A DNA stretch of 64,000 nt from Escherichia phage LF82-4. Made by a program: the position numbers and the translations under genes. Positions 29,147 to 37,548 of this stretch are shown here, one piece after another. The notes below the pieces were generated by a model that made no database searches, was not told the DNA's origin, and worked only from the letters and a program-made list of their open reading frames with translations. Each line of letters begins with the position of its first letter. Position 1 is the stretch's first letter. The DNA lies in sequence record PV660448; one strand, written 5' to 3'.

Positions 29147-29181
29147 AATTTATTATACTCCAACCATCCTTGGTTGTACAT
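29147..29181 (-). promoter_or_regulatory. early promoter cassette, copy 2 (-35 variant TGTACA)
   Basis: atttattatactccaaccatccttggttgta shared with copy 1. Confidence 0.6.
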
Positions 29182-30176
29182 CATTCCTTAAGAAGTTTTA
29201 CTACTTGAATAAGATTAGCTCGTTCTGTTTTATTTTTACCGTTTAAGCCTGCTAATCGTGAGATTTCATCGTCAGTCTGTTGAATAGTTACATTAAGTTC
29301 GTTAATCAAAGCTTCAAAGTATTTGATTTGCTCAGCATGTTTTGATTCAAATTTCTGAACCGGAATAACGTCTTGGTTCAGTCCATCAATAAGGTCTTTA
29401 AGAGCATCTTCTTGGTTGATATCATATTCAACTTCCTTTATTTCTTCAACGAGCTCGTCTTTATATCTAACGTCTTTTAGTCCTGGTGCTGGTCCTGAAA
29501 TCTCTTCTTTAAGAGTACAAACATACCCAATACGGTATCCAATGCCGTCTCGCTTGATATCAACTTCGTCGATAAATCCACAATGTTTAAGTCCAGAGCC
29601 GATTATGTCAAAATATCCTTGACGACGTCCTTCAAACGTTACACGAACTACTAAGACAGTTTTGCCACCGACCTTTTGAAGCTCACATTTATAAAAGTCC
29701 GTTGAACCTGAATAACGTGGATGAGTTTTAAAGTTCATCTGACGATCTAGGCCCATTTGTAAACGTGCTGTTACGGCCATAAAACGTGTTTGGTTCTCGT
29801 TAAGATGAGCAACAATCCATTTCAAAGGCATTTTACACTGTTCACGACCGAACAAATCAGTACGTCCTAGATTACGCAGGATGTTGTTAGAGTTAATCAT
29901 CGACAGAACGTTAAGTTTATTCAACGCGCTGAAGATTCCGTCAGCCATTGATTTTCCATAACCTTTACACGCTTTAATAAGTGCTCGCGGCAGATTAGTA
30001 TAGATTTCAGACGGCATATGAAAATCAAATTTACTAGTCAGTAATTGATGAACTTGGATAGCAATTTGCTCATAATTAAGTGCTCTGCGATCGTTATGGT
30101 CTTTAAACCACACTTTAATCTGTGAAGCACATAAACCGTTAATTTCATGTTTTACCGCATCAGATGTAATGCTCAT
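29181..30176 (-). CDS. hypothetical 331-aa protein with C-terminal coiled coil
   Basis: track ORF; promoter 30213-30236. Confidence 0.6.
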   Translation of the reverse strand: MSITSDAVKHEINGLCASQIKVWFKDHNDRRALNYEQIAIQVHQLLTSKFDFHMPSEIYTNLPRALIKACKGYGKSMADGIFSALNKLNVLSMINSNNILRNLGRTDLFGREQCKMPLKWIVAHLNENQTRFMAVTARLQMGLDRQMNFKTHPRYSGSTDFYKCELQKVGGKTVLVVRVTFEGRRQGYFDIIGSGLKHCGFIDEVDIKRDGIGYRIGYVCTLKEEISGPAPGLKDVRYKDELVEEIKEVEYDINQEDALKDLIDGLNQDVIPVQKFESKHAEQIKYFEALINELNVTIQQTDDEISRLAGLNGKNKTERANLIQVVKLLKE

Positions 30177-30212
30177 AACTATTTCCTCAGATTGAATTGG
30201 AACTCAAAACCA

Positions 30213-30236
30213 TTATAACCCGTCCTTGGGTAAAGC
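30213..30236 (-). promoter_or_regulatory. early-type promoter (CTTTAC -35, CCAAGGA spacer motif, TATAAT -10)
   Basis: minus strand CTTTACCCAAGGACGGGTTATAATGG. Confidence 0.45.
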
Positions 30237-30238
30237 GT

Positions 30239-30766
30239 TTATGCGTGAACCGTCTTTAAACGTTCTTCAAATTTCCGAAGAGTACTAATACGTTCTGCTT
30301 TCTGTTTTGTATAGTTTGCAATACGTTCTGAAGTGAGAGCGTATCGTTCGTTTACTGTTTCTTTCATGAAGTCAGGGATTTCACGAGAAGCTTTAATTTC
30401 ATCAAACTTGTCGAGTACTGCCTGGTCTTCAGCGATTAAATTTTCGTACATCTCGATATCTTTCTTGATAAACTCGATATCTTCCTGGGTTACTTTGGAT
30501 AAACGAGACGCTTTATCCTTTTTGTACTGCTCGTTAGTTTCACGAGACCAGAATAATGTACGTTTTTTGTTAGTGTTTTTGTAGACTTCCACAATTCCAA
30601 CTGAATCGATGATAACAATCCAATTCCAGCGAGATTTGAAAATCTGACCTCCGTCCACGGTAATCTCGTTATCATAAGCAACGTCATTAAAGAACTTGCT
30701 CTGTGCTTCAGATTTAAATTTACCGTCGTTATAATTTACCAGGTTGAAAATATCTTTAGCGTTCAT
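30239..30766 (-). CDS. hypothetical protein (175 aa)
   Basis: track ORF with ATG. Confidence 0.6.
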   Translation of the reverse strand: MNAKDIFNLVNYNDGKFKSEAQSKFFNDVAYDNEITVDGGQIFKSRWNWIVIIDSVGIVEVYKNTNKKRTLFWSRETNEQYKKDKASRLSKVTQEDIEFIKKDIEMYENLIAEDQAVLDKFDEIKASREIPDFMKETVNERYALTSERIANYTKQKAERISTLRKFEERLKTVHA

Positions 30767-30785
30767 GTTTTACCTCCAGTAGTTG

Positions 30786-30822
30786 ATAGGTCTATAATAA
30801 CACAACCATAGACCTTGTAAAC
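30786..30822 (-). promoter_or_regulatory. promoter-early stem-loop, family ttgataggtctataataaca
   Basis: GTTTAC -35; inverted repeat AGGTCTAT/ATAGACCT around TATTAT. Confidence 0.5.
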
Positions 30823-30824
30823 AA

Positions 30825-31112
30825 CTAAAAGAAACTTTTTTCAGTATTTTTTCCACTGAACCAAACCGACTTCGGGGTTTTCTGTAACTTTTCAGATTTA
30901 AGTTTCTCTTCCTGTTCTTTCTTATATACACTCTTGTCGTACTGGAGCATCTCTATGGCATTCTTTTGCAAACGATCTAAGGTAATTAAGGCTTTAGTTT
31001 TTCCTTTCAAGGAAGAGTCCTGGCGAACCTCCTCGCTATATTGCATTGTAGAACTAACCATACGATGAGCATAGAGTTCGACTGCGGCTTTAATTTTTTG
31101 CATAAAATCCAT
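30825..31112 (-). CDS. hypothetical protein (95 aa)
   Basis: track ORF; an alternative overlapping ORF 31007-31213 exists. Confidence 0.45.
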   Translation of the reverse strand: MDFMQKIKAAVELYAHRMVSSTMQYSEEVRQDSSLKGKTKALITLDRLQKNAIEMLQYDKSVYKKEQEEKLKSEKLQKTPKSVWFSGKNTEKSFF

Positions 31113-31250
31113 AACATATCCTCTTTGATTTGTACATCATTATTTTTAAATATTTCTATGCCCTCAGTAGGTTCCTGGTGTCCTTCTTTGAGGTAAGCCA
31201 TATGATTATTCATCTTTATGGCTTTTGTTACCTCAGGACTTCCTGTAAGC

Positions 31251-32231
31251 TTATTTCAGTAAAGTTACTTCAGAGATTTCCTCCCAACCATCTTTATCAG
31301 TTGAAATAAAATCTGCCACATAAAGAGCCGTACGTAATGATACATTGCGAAGACGAGACACGTTAGCCTTCATCCAGGACAATGCTTTGTACGTTTCAGC
31401 ATTAGTCAAGCCACGTTTCTGCATCATGTCAGTAGATAATATTACATCTTCAACTCGAACCATAATCTCTTCATTAGAGTGTACTCCAAGGTCGAGATAC
31501 ACTGAACGAGATACTAAAGCTTGAAGGTGCGGAGCAAGTTTCGAACCGCGTTCTAACTCTTTATCGATATCAACGTTTGTAATGAAAACAATAGTACCTT
31601 CAAACTCAAATTCTTTATCGATACCCTTATCATCAAGATAAGATGATGCAGTGCTCCAGCAAACTTTGCGTTTATCATCAGTATCTAATGCTGCTTTAAG
31701 AAGGTTCAAGATATCTATATCCGAGAATACATCAACATCGTCGATTAAGAGAACGCTGTCTGCATCACGGTTGAGCCAAAGTTGTTCGTAAAGGCCAATA
31801 CCAGAGATTTTACCATTAATGCTTTTGTATTTGATGAAACCATTATCATTAGCATTATTAAGCGCTTTATCCAGAGAATACGTCTTACCAATACCAGCTG
31901 CACCTGAAATAATGAGTGAACGAATTTTGCCATCGATAATGCCATTCGTCATCATGTTCATTACTTTAAAGCGTTTGTTGATACGAGTTTTCATATCTTC
32001 AGTGCTTTCAACAACTGCAACTGGTGTCGTCTCAACTCCTTCCATTACGATGTCTGATTTGAAGACCCATACTCCACGTTCAGAACCATCAATCATAACG
32101 AAAATTTTACCGTCACCTAAGTGGGAACATTCAGGATTAAGCTTTGCTGGGAACCATGTCTTTGTGGCAACATAAGAACCGGAGATTTCATTATTACGAT
32201 AGATACCTTTTTTGATTTGAACGTTGAACAT
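31251..32231 (-). CDS. P-loop ATPase (AAA-like)
   Basis: 326 aa from ATG 32231 (GGAG RBS); Walker A GAAGIGKT, Walker B LLIDDVD. Confidence 0.6.
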   Translation of the reverse strand: MFNVQIKKGIYRNNEISGSYVATKTWFPAKLNPECSHLGDGKIFVMIDGSERGVWVFKSDIVMEGVETTPVAVVESTEDMKTRINKRFKVMNMMTNGIIDGKIRSLIISGAAGIGKTYSLDKALNNANDNGFIKYKSINGKISGIGLYEQLWLNRDADSVLLIDDVDVFSDIDILNLLKAALDTDDKRKVCWSTASSYLDDKGIDKEFEFEGTIVFITNVDIDKELERGSKLAPHLQALVSRSVYLDLGVHSNEEIMVRVEDVILSTDMMQKRGLTNAETYKALSWMKANVSRLRNVSLRTALYVADFISTDKDGWEEISEVTLLK

Positions 32232-32261
32232 TTTATTCTCCAAATTTACTCATTTCGTTTT

Positions 32262-32299
32262 GATAGGTCTATAATAACATATCCTAAAAACATGTACAC
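32262..32299 (-). promoter_or_regulatory. promoter-early stem-loop, family ttgataggtctataataaca (GTGTAC -35 variant)
   Basis: 20-bp core identical to 30784-30803. Confidence 0.45.
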
Positions 32300-32329
32300 T
32301 ACTTTTTAAAAATATTTTGACCCCCTAAA

Positions 32330-32343
32330 GGGCCCGAAGGCCC
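32330..32343 (-). terminator. GC hairpin with UUCG loop after 329-aa gene
   Basis: minus strand GGGCC-UUCG-GGCCC followed by UUUAGGGGG; 3 nt after stop. Confidence 0.4.
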
Positions 32344-32346
32344 TTA

Positions 32347-33336
32347 TCATTTATAGTATGAATTGTGGTTTTCTAAGTAGACTTGCTCAAGGAAGTCATC
32401 CCAGAAACTCATATCTACTTTTTGCTGCATACCATTCTTGGCAGCTTGTTCTGACGCATGTTCAACTTGGTCAACGATATCTTCTAGGAATTCTTGTACA
32501 GTTTTAAACGTATGTTTACCAAGCTTAACATCGAGAATAAATGGAGCATCCTGAAGCGGGTAAACCAGGTCGCCGGTTTTGTAAATTTCTAAGAGCTGAA
32601 GTCCACCACGGCATGCGTGACTCAATGCTTTCCAATCAATGCCTTCATTGGCTTCTGCCTTACGAGCACGTTCACCGTAGTTCTCTTCAAGTTTAACCAG
32701 GATGGCATTGAACTCTTTGTTAGTTAACGTATCTTGGAATTTACGGTCTAACAGACTATAGAATGTTTGCTTACCTGTTTTCTCGTTTTCAGTTTCAACC
32801 CATGAAGCAAATTCACCTATAGGCAAAACATTCTTCATATGTGATAAACGAATTACTGCACCGTTATCAAAGTATTGTCCCCATTCATTAGAACGTTTAA
32901 GGGCTTGACGAAGAACAGCCAGCCGAGAACCCTTGACACCGTATTTAGAAGCTTGCTTACGGACATACCCTAAATAAGATTTCATGTTAGTGGTATAGAA
33001 ACGAGACCTGTTATCTTGAATATACTTCCATACATCAGGCAAATCAGATTTAACTACTAGACTTTGTGGAGTGTGAAGCATATCTAATGCGACGGTTTCA
33101 CCATCCGCAGCTAGTTTAAAGAAATATTTGAGACTATATAACTCATGGTCTACGTCGTCTTTTGTGTTCTTAGAAGATGTGTTATTCGTGTTCTTGCTCA
33201 TATGTTCTTTAACGTTACCGGTCAAGATATCACGAGCATGAGGGACATAAATTTCTTTAAAATCGACGTCAGACTCAGGAGTAGACGTTCCATAAAGGTG
33301 GCTACCAAAGTAGCCTTTCATAATTGTTTTCATCAT
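32347..33336 (-). CDS. predicted nucleotidyltransferase (Pol-beta fold) with C-terminal domain of unknown function
   Basis: 329 aa; N-terminal GS-x13-DVD motif (FGSHLYGTSTPESDVDF) typical of the Pol-beta nucleotidyltransferase superfamily. Confidence 0.6.
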   Translation of the reverse strand: MMKTIMKGYFGSHLYGTSTPESDVDFKEIYVPHARDILTGNVKEHMSKNTNNTSSKNTKDDVDHELYSLKYFFKLAADGETVALDMLHTPQSLVVKSDLPDVWKYIQDNRSRFYTTNMKSYLGYVRKQASKYGVKGSRLAVLRQALKRSNEWGQYFDNGAVIRLSHMKNVLPIGEFASWVETENEKTGKQTFYSLLDRKFQDTLTNKEFNAILVKLEENYGERARKAEANEGIDWKALSHACRGGLQLLEIYKTGDLVYPLQDAPFILDVKLGKHTFKTVQEFLEDIVDQVEHASEQAAKNGMQQKVDMSFWDDFLEQVYLENHNSYYK

Positions 33337-33806
33337 TTAGCCTTATATTCAAGAGTAGGACAGACTTTTTCTTTATGAGCTTTAAGGTATTCACCTATTA
33401 ATGATTTCTTACGTTCAATAGGCTCAAGTCCATTTTTAATTCGTTCTTGGTTTTGTGCAATGAGCTCAATTTCTTTATAATATTTTCTGTCGTTATATTT
33501 GTCTAACAACCAAGACGGACCAATTACCAACCCGGTAGCAATAAAAGCCATGACTGCTACAATTAAAATGCCTACACCAATTGAGGCTGGAACTAATGTC
33601 CATAGACTGCTAAAAACAAAGAATTTAGTTAAAATTTCCTGGCCAATGATTGTGACTGCTGCTAAAATCGCAAATCCAATAATTGAAGCAGCCAATACCG
33701 GGATTAACGTTTTCCAAAAATAAGCACACAACGTTTTAGGACGATTCCATGTACTATTGAATGCAGCATAAATTTTATAGTGCCAAGAGTTTTCATTGAT
33801 AATCAT
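33333..33806 (-). CDS. polytopic membrane protein (157 aa)
   Basis: three hydrophobic helices. Confidence 0.55.
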   Translation of the reverse strand: MIINENSWHYKIYAAFNSTWNRPKTLCAYFWKTLIPVLAASIIGFAILAAVTIIGQEILTKFFVFSSLWTLVPASIGVGILIVAVMAFIATGLVIGPSWLLDKYNDRKYYKEIELIAQNQERIKNGLEPIERKKSLIGEYLKAHKEKVCPTLEYKAK

Positions 33807-33815
33807 AATAATTCC

Positions 33816-34352
33816 TTATTTCAAAGTCGGGATAATAGAATCAAGATAAGCTTTAAGAGCAACTGCTTCGTCTTTGGTAAACGTAGTAATATGTGAACGT
33901 AAATCATCAATTTGACGAATAGTTACGACATCACCATCTTCATAAGAATTCCGTACATCCAACGTCGTGGTATAGTTTAGAGCTACCGGATTAATAATAA
34001 AAGCACCACGTCCTTTACCCCATTGAAGTTTAGCCTTTTCGGGTGTTTCAGGTGTTTCAGAATTCAAGAATTCTTTAACCTTATCAACGAATGTTTTCCA
34101 ATTATCAATAGAAAGACACATATCTTCAGTTTCGATATTAGCACCACGTTCCCCACGATAAAAACGAACTTGTAGCTCATTGCCAATACTAGTTACGCTA
34201 TTAAATCCTGAAGGAGCATAAGATAAAATCTCTTCCAATTCCATAGGAAGAATAGTAATACTATCATCTTCTTGAGTGAAAAGATAGGTATTACCGAGTT
34301 TTTCGATAGTCAAGTCACCGAACATTTCAGTTGTTTCAATTACAGTTTTCAT
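33816..34352 (-). CDS. hypothetical protein (178 aa)
   Basis: ATG at 34352; track start 34364 is TTG. Confidence 0.55.
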   Translation of the reverse strand: MKTVIETTEMFGDLTIEKLGNTYLFTQEDDSITILPMELEEILSYAPSGFNSVTSIGNELQVRFYRGERGANIETEDMCLSIDNWKTFVDKVKEFLNSETPETPEKAKLQWGKGRGAFIINPVALNYTTTLDVRNSYEDGDVVTIRQIDDLRSHITTFTKDEAVALKAYLDSIIPTLK

Positions 34353-34353
34353 A

Positions 34354-34533
34354 TTATTCACCAATTAAAGTTTCAACAAAATTCACCAAATCATTCTGAC
34401 GAGCATCAACTTGCTTTTCATAGAAGTCTCCGCTATCATTTACTGCGTGATAAGCTACATCATTTAAATCAGTATCGGCTTCACGCAAGTCATGGATAAG
34501 GTCCATCAATTTATTAGCTTGTTCACGGGTCAT
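34354..34533 (-). CDS. small protein (59 aa), not in ORF track; paralogue of 34912-35091
   Basis: MTREQANKLMDLIHDL...; stop overlaps next ATG; N-terminus similar to MTRKEKISKLMFLIEEY of the other small gene. Confidence 0.4.
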   Translation of the reverse strand: MTREQANKLMDLIHDLREADTDLNDVAYHAVNDSGDFYEKQVDARQNDLVNFVETLIGE

Positions 34534-34640
34534 TTTACCATACTCGTTTCAATAAGATTCACTATGCCGTTTACCATGTTATAAGTAAACATCGGATAAT
34601 TGTATTGTACTACAACATAAGCGATAAGCAAAAGTTTCAT
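34530..34640 (-). CDS. hydrophobic peptide (36 aa), not in ORF track
   Basis: ATG at 34640 with GGAG RBS; TGA overlaps downstream ATG. Confidence 0.25.
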   Translation of the reverse strand: MKLLLIAYVVVQYNYPMFTYNMVNGIVNLIETSMVK

Positions 34641-34659
34641 TTTGTTCTCCGTTCGTTTT

Positions 34660-34698
34660 GGTAGGACTACTATAACATAGTCCTACCAAGATGTAAAC
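34660..34698 (-). promoter_or_regulatory. promoter-early stem-loop, family taggactactataacatagtcct
   Basis: GTTTAC -35; 9-bp inverted repeat GTAGGACTA/TAGTCCTAC around TATAGT-like -10. Confidence 0.5.
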
Positions 34699-34931
34699 TA
34701 CCGATTGTGTTTTAAATGTTGATAAAGTTCTTCAACTTGTTTAGGGTCCAAAACAATTAGGTCATTTTCTTGGCGAAGATAAAGCCATCCCTTATCCCCA
34801 GGACCATTTTTACAAAACATCGCCACCATATCATCATCTTCAGCGCTTTCAGGTAAAAGTTCAAGCACACCGTCTTCAGATTTTCCAGTATAATCGTAAA
34901 GCATAATATCCTCACATAATCTCGTTAACAT
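34698..34931 (-). CDS. hypothetical protein (77 aa)
   Basis: track ORF. Confidence 0.5.
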   Translation of the reverse strand: MLTRLCEDIMLYDYTGKSEDGVLELLPESAEDDDMVAMFCKNGPGDKGWLYLRQENDLIVLDPKQVEELYQHLKHNR

Positions 34932-35091
34932 ACATTTGCAATTCGGTGTGAGCGTCGGCCATCTTTTTCATAGCTCTGTTAATGTCGATGTCTCCATCTT
35001 CGCAACCATGAGCATTTTCCCAATCAGATACCGCATTAGCGTACTCTTCAATCAAAAACATCAACTTAGAAATCTTTTCTTTACGTGTCAT
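34912..35091 (-). CDS. small protein (59 aa), paralogue of 34354-34533
   Basis: ATG at 35091 directly after SD-bearing inverted-repeat arm. Confidence 0.45.
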   Translation of the reverse strand: MTRKEKISKLMFLIEEYANAVSDWENAHGCEDGDIDINRAMKKMADAHTELQMYVNEIM

Positions 35092-35095
35092 AACG

Positions 35096-35147
35096 TTCTC
35101 CTCTAGTAAGTAAGGTCTACTATAACACAACCTGAGGAGAAGTAAAC
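35096..35147 (-). promoter_or_regulatory. promoter-early stem-loop with SD in 3' arm (8-bp inverted repeat TTCTCCTC/GAGGAGAA flanking TATAGT)
   Basis: minus strand GTTTAC TTCTCCTCAGGTTGTGT TATAGT ...CTAGAGGAGAACGTT ATG. Confidence 0.55.
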
Positions 35148-35155
35148 TGCTAAAT

Positions 35156-35186
35156 GCAAAAAAGCCCCAACCTTTCGGAAGGGGCT
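35156..35186 (-). terminator. intrinsic terminator, copy 1 of 3 identical hairpins
   Basis: minus strand AGCCCCUUCCGAAAGGUUGGGGCU followed by UUUUUUG; 5 nt after stop of 35191-35748. Confidence 0.6.
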
Positions 35187-35190
35187 TTGA

Positions 35191-35748
35191 TTAGTTTTTG
35201 TAATATCGTAAAGGGTTGATATGGAATGAAAGCATTGCGCGTGGAATAGGACGTCTCAAAAGACTCTTAAGTTTCCAACCACAGTAAACACGCAGATAAA
35301 ATGTAATACCACCAACCTTAAGATAAGGTATAGCAGCGAATAATCCCCATGCAGACTCGTTCCAAACTAAAAGATATCCATGATGTGCTGGGTCAGGAGA
35401 TCCTGATTTAGTTTCGGCGTTGCCTTTATAGTGCCATTTTGATGAAGCTTCGCGACCTAAAACATGATACGAAAAATTATATGCTTTGTTGCGCCATAAC
35501 CAAGCTACGCGTTGAGCATATTTACCTATAACAGGAATTTTACGTATTTTAGACCAACGTTCAACATGGCCACGGTCACCATCGATAGGATTATCGTAAG
35601 TCATCATCCAGTCAAAGCCATAAGGTAGTTTACCGGTTTTTTCACTATGGAATGGAACTACAAATGGTGCTAGAATAATTGCTAAAATCGCTGCGATCCA
35701 ATCTATAGGAACAAGAACAACCCAACTTACATATTTTAAAAATTTCAT
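35191..35748 (-). CDS. membrane-anchored protein (185 aa), late-promoter driven
   Basis: N-terminal TM helix; TATAAATA late promoter 25 nt upstream; AGAGAGGA RBS. Confidence 0.6.
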   Translation of the reverse strand: MKFLKYVSWVVLVPIDWIAAILAIILAPFVVPFHSEKTGKLPYGFDWMMTYDNPIDGDRGHVERWSKIRKIPVIGKYAQRVAWLWRNKAYNFSYHVLGREASSKWHYKGNAETKSGSPDPAHHGYLLVWNESAWGLFAAIPYLKVGGITFYLRVYCGWKLKSLLRRPIPRAMLSFHINPLRYYKN

Positions 35749-35772
35749 ATATCCTCTCTTAGTTTACAAGGA

Positions 35773-35780
35773 TATTTATA
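35773..35780 (-). promoter_or_regulatory. late promoter TATAAATA
   Basis: exact T4 late consensus on minus strand, 25 nt upstream of ATG at 35748. Confidence 0.6.
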
Positions 35781-35809
35781 CAAAAAGCCCCAACCTTTCG
35801 GAAGGGGCT
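35781..35809 (-). terminator. intrinsic terminator, copy 2 of 3 identical hairpins
   Basis: same 24-bp hairpin plus U-tract, 7 nt after rI stop. Confidence 0.6.
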
Positions 35810-35815
35810 AGTAAA

Positions 35816-36118
35816 TTAGATAGATGTAGGCTCTAATTTTATTTTCATGAACTCGGCAAATTGTCTGGCGGTTTTTATGCCTTGTTCATGACATTCAAAT
35901 GCATCATCACAGGGGCTATTTTTGTAATGCTTTGCCATATACTTATAGAATTTTTCAGAGTTCTCGACATTTTGAATTTCAAACAAAGTATATACGTTTT
36001 TAATCCCTGATTCCATAAAGTTATCAAAGTATGGGTCAATATGTGCAGTACCAACGATAGGAGTTGTTGCTGCAAAAAACCCCAGCATCGCCATGACAGC
36101 TATCGCTCTTAAGGCCAT
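35816..36118 (-). CDS. rI: lysis inhibition regulator (periplasmic, signal-anchored)
   Basis: 100 aa; MALRAIAVMAMLGFFAATTPIVG signal; ...DPYFDNFMESGIKNVYTLFE... resembles T4 RI as recalled. Confidence 0.85.
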   Translation of the reverse strand: MALRAIAVMAMLGFFAATTPIVGTAHIDPYFDNFMESGIKNVYTLFEIQNVENSEKFYKYMAKHYKNSPCDDAFECHEQGIKTARQFAEFMKIKLEPTSI

Positions 36119-36130
36119 ATAGGCCTCCTG

Positions 36131-36343
36131 TTAATTTTGGCCAGTATTTATTTTTCGCCTTTGGACGGCCTTAACATCTGTGAGGTATTTTTCCAGCTTG
36201 CGCTTGCGTGTATAATCAGCTTTAGAACCAGTTTGACGGATATCCTCGTTTAAATGAGAAATAGAATGTCCTAATTCTCTTCGGATTTCATCCAATTGGG
36301 TTACAGTAAGATTACGAAGTTGTCTTTCGTTTAATTGCTGCAT
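36131..36343 (-). CDS. hypothetical protein (rI.1-like)
   Basis: 70 aa; late promoter TATAAATA at 36368-36375. Confidence 0.55.
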   Translation of the reverse strand: MQQLNERQLRNLTVTQLDEIRRELGHSISHLNEDIRQTGSKADYTRKRKLEKYLTDVKAVQRRKINTGQN

Positions 36344-36367
36344 ATATACCTCTTGGTTAGATATTAG

Positions 36368-36375
36368 TATTTATA
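36368..36375 (-). promoter_or_regulatory. late promoter TATAAATA (inside 3' end of tk)
   Basis: exact late consensus on minus strand, 25 nt upstream of ATG at 36343. Confidence 0.55.
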
Positions 36376-36952
36376 ACAACCCTGTCAAATCATTCCAATG
36401 CTTCCGGCATAATGACACATATCTATCGGTATCACCAATTTCAATTTGACTGCCATCTGTAATTGGAAGTCCGTCTTCCGTGACTCTAGCTACCATTGTG
36501 GCCTTTTTACCACAATGACAGACACCTTTAAGTTCAACAAGCTTATCGGCAATAGCCATTAATGCTTGAGAACCTTCAAATAGATTACCTTTAAAATCTG
36601 TTCGTAGTCCATATGCCATTACCGGCACATTGTATACGTCAACAATACGACTAAGTTGATACACCTTTTCAGTAGTTAAGAACTGAGCTTCGTCAACAAA
36701 TACGCAGTGAATATCCTTTTGTGCTGCAGCCCATTTATAGAATTCAAAGATATCCATGTCTTTTGTAATTATATTGGCATCCTGACGAATACCAATACGA
36801 GAGACTATTTCACCTTTTGAATTACGAGTATCAATAGCCGGTTTAAGAACTAATACACCCATGCCACGTTCTTTATAGTTATGTGCGGCAGTAAGTAATG
36901 AAGCAGACTTACCAGCGTTCATAGCGGCATAGGTAAAAATTAAACTAGCCAT
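36371..36952 (-). CDS. tk: thymidine kinase
   Basis: 193 aa; P-loop NAGKSASLL, C-terminal Zn motif CHCG...C; T4 synteny. Confidence 0.93.
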   Translation of the reverse strand: MASLIFTYAAMNAGKSASLLTAAHNYKERGMGVLVLKPAIDTRNSKGEIVSRIGIRQDANIITKDMDIFEFYKWAAAQKDIHCVFVDEAQFLTTEKVYQLSRIVDVYNVPVMAYGLRTDFKGNLFEGSQALMAIADKLVELKGVCHCGKKATMVARVTEDGLPITDGSQIEIGDTDRYVSLCRKHWNDLTGLL

Positions 36953-37142
36953 AAGAGTCCTTAGTTAAATTTTCTAAATATGTTTCTAAATCATTTTCAG
37001 CTTTATTGATAGATTTTACTAATTCGTAGTATGTTTCGGCATCTCCATATTCAGAAGATATTTCAAAAGACAAATCCTTTTCTAAACTAATAATTTCACC
37101 AACTAAAAATAATATTTCGTTCTTTTGTTCGCGAGTAATCAT
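36945..37142 (-). CDS. hypothetical protein (tk.x-like)
   Basis: 65 aa. Confidence 0.5.
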   Translation of the reverse strand: MITREQKNEILFLVGEIISLEKDLSFEISSEYGDAETYYELVKSINKAENDLETYLENLTKDSYG

Positions 37143-37330
37143 AATGAATTTATATAATCAATAAGTTCTTGCTCTTTATCGTCAAAATCTTTACACAGTT
37201 CTTCGTATTCGTCAGTATTAAAAGGACCGCATTCATTACAAACTTTTTCCAATTCGCTATTTTTATCCATAACTTCGTGGATAAGAGAAAAGAGTTTGTC
37301 TTTTTGTTCTTTACTTAAACTCATAACCAT
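37139..37330 (-). CDS. hypothetical protein (tk.x-like)
   Basis: 63 aa; N-terminal region similar to previous ORF (possible duplication). Confidence 0.5.
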   Translation of the reverse strand: MVMSLSKEQKDKLFSLIHEVMDKNSELEKVCNECGPFNTDEYEELCKDFDDKEQELIDYINSL

Positions 37331-37548
37331 GTCACCTTTAAACAGTATTCTTCTACATGCTGTTTACGACCTTTCTTATCAATAAAGGTATATTCAACGA
37401 ATGTTCCAATGTAGTCTTTATCGACATCATGTGGACTATTAATTGGACATTTAGTACGACAAATGCGTTCCCATTGACGAATAATTACTGCTTTATTTTT
37501 AGGATCAAACGGATGTGGGTAATGCACATTCATAATAATGGTTCCCAA
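37321..37548 (-). CDS. hypothetical protein (75 aa)
   Basis: track ORF. Confidence 0.5.
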   Translation of the reverse strand: MGTIIMNVHYPHPFDPKNKAVIIRQWERICRTKCPINSPHDVDKDYIGTFVEYTFIDKKGRKQHVEEYCLKVTWL

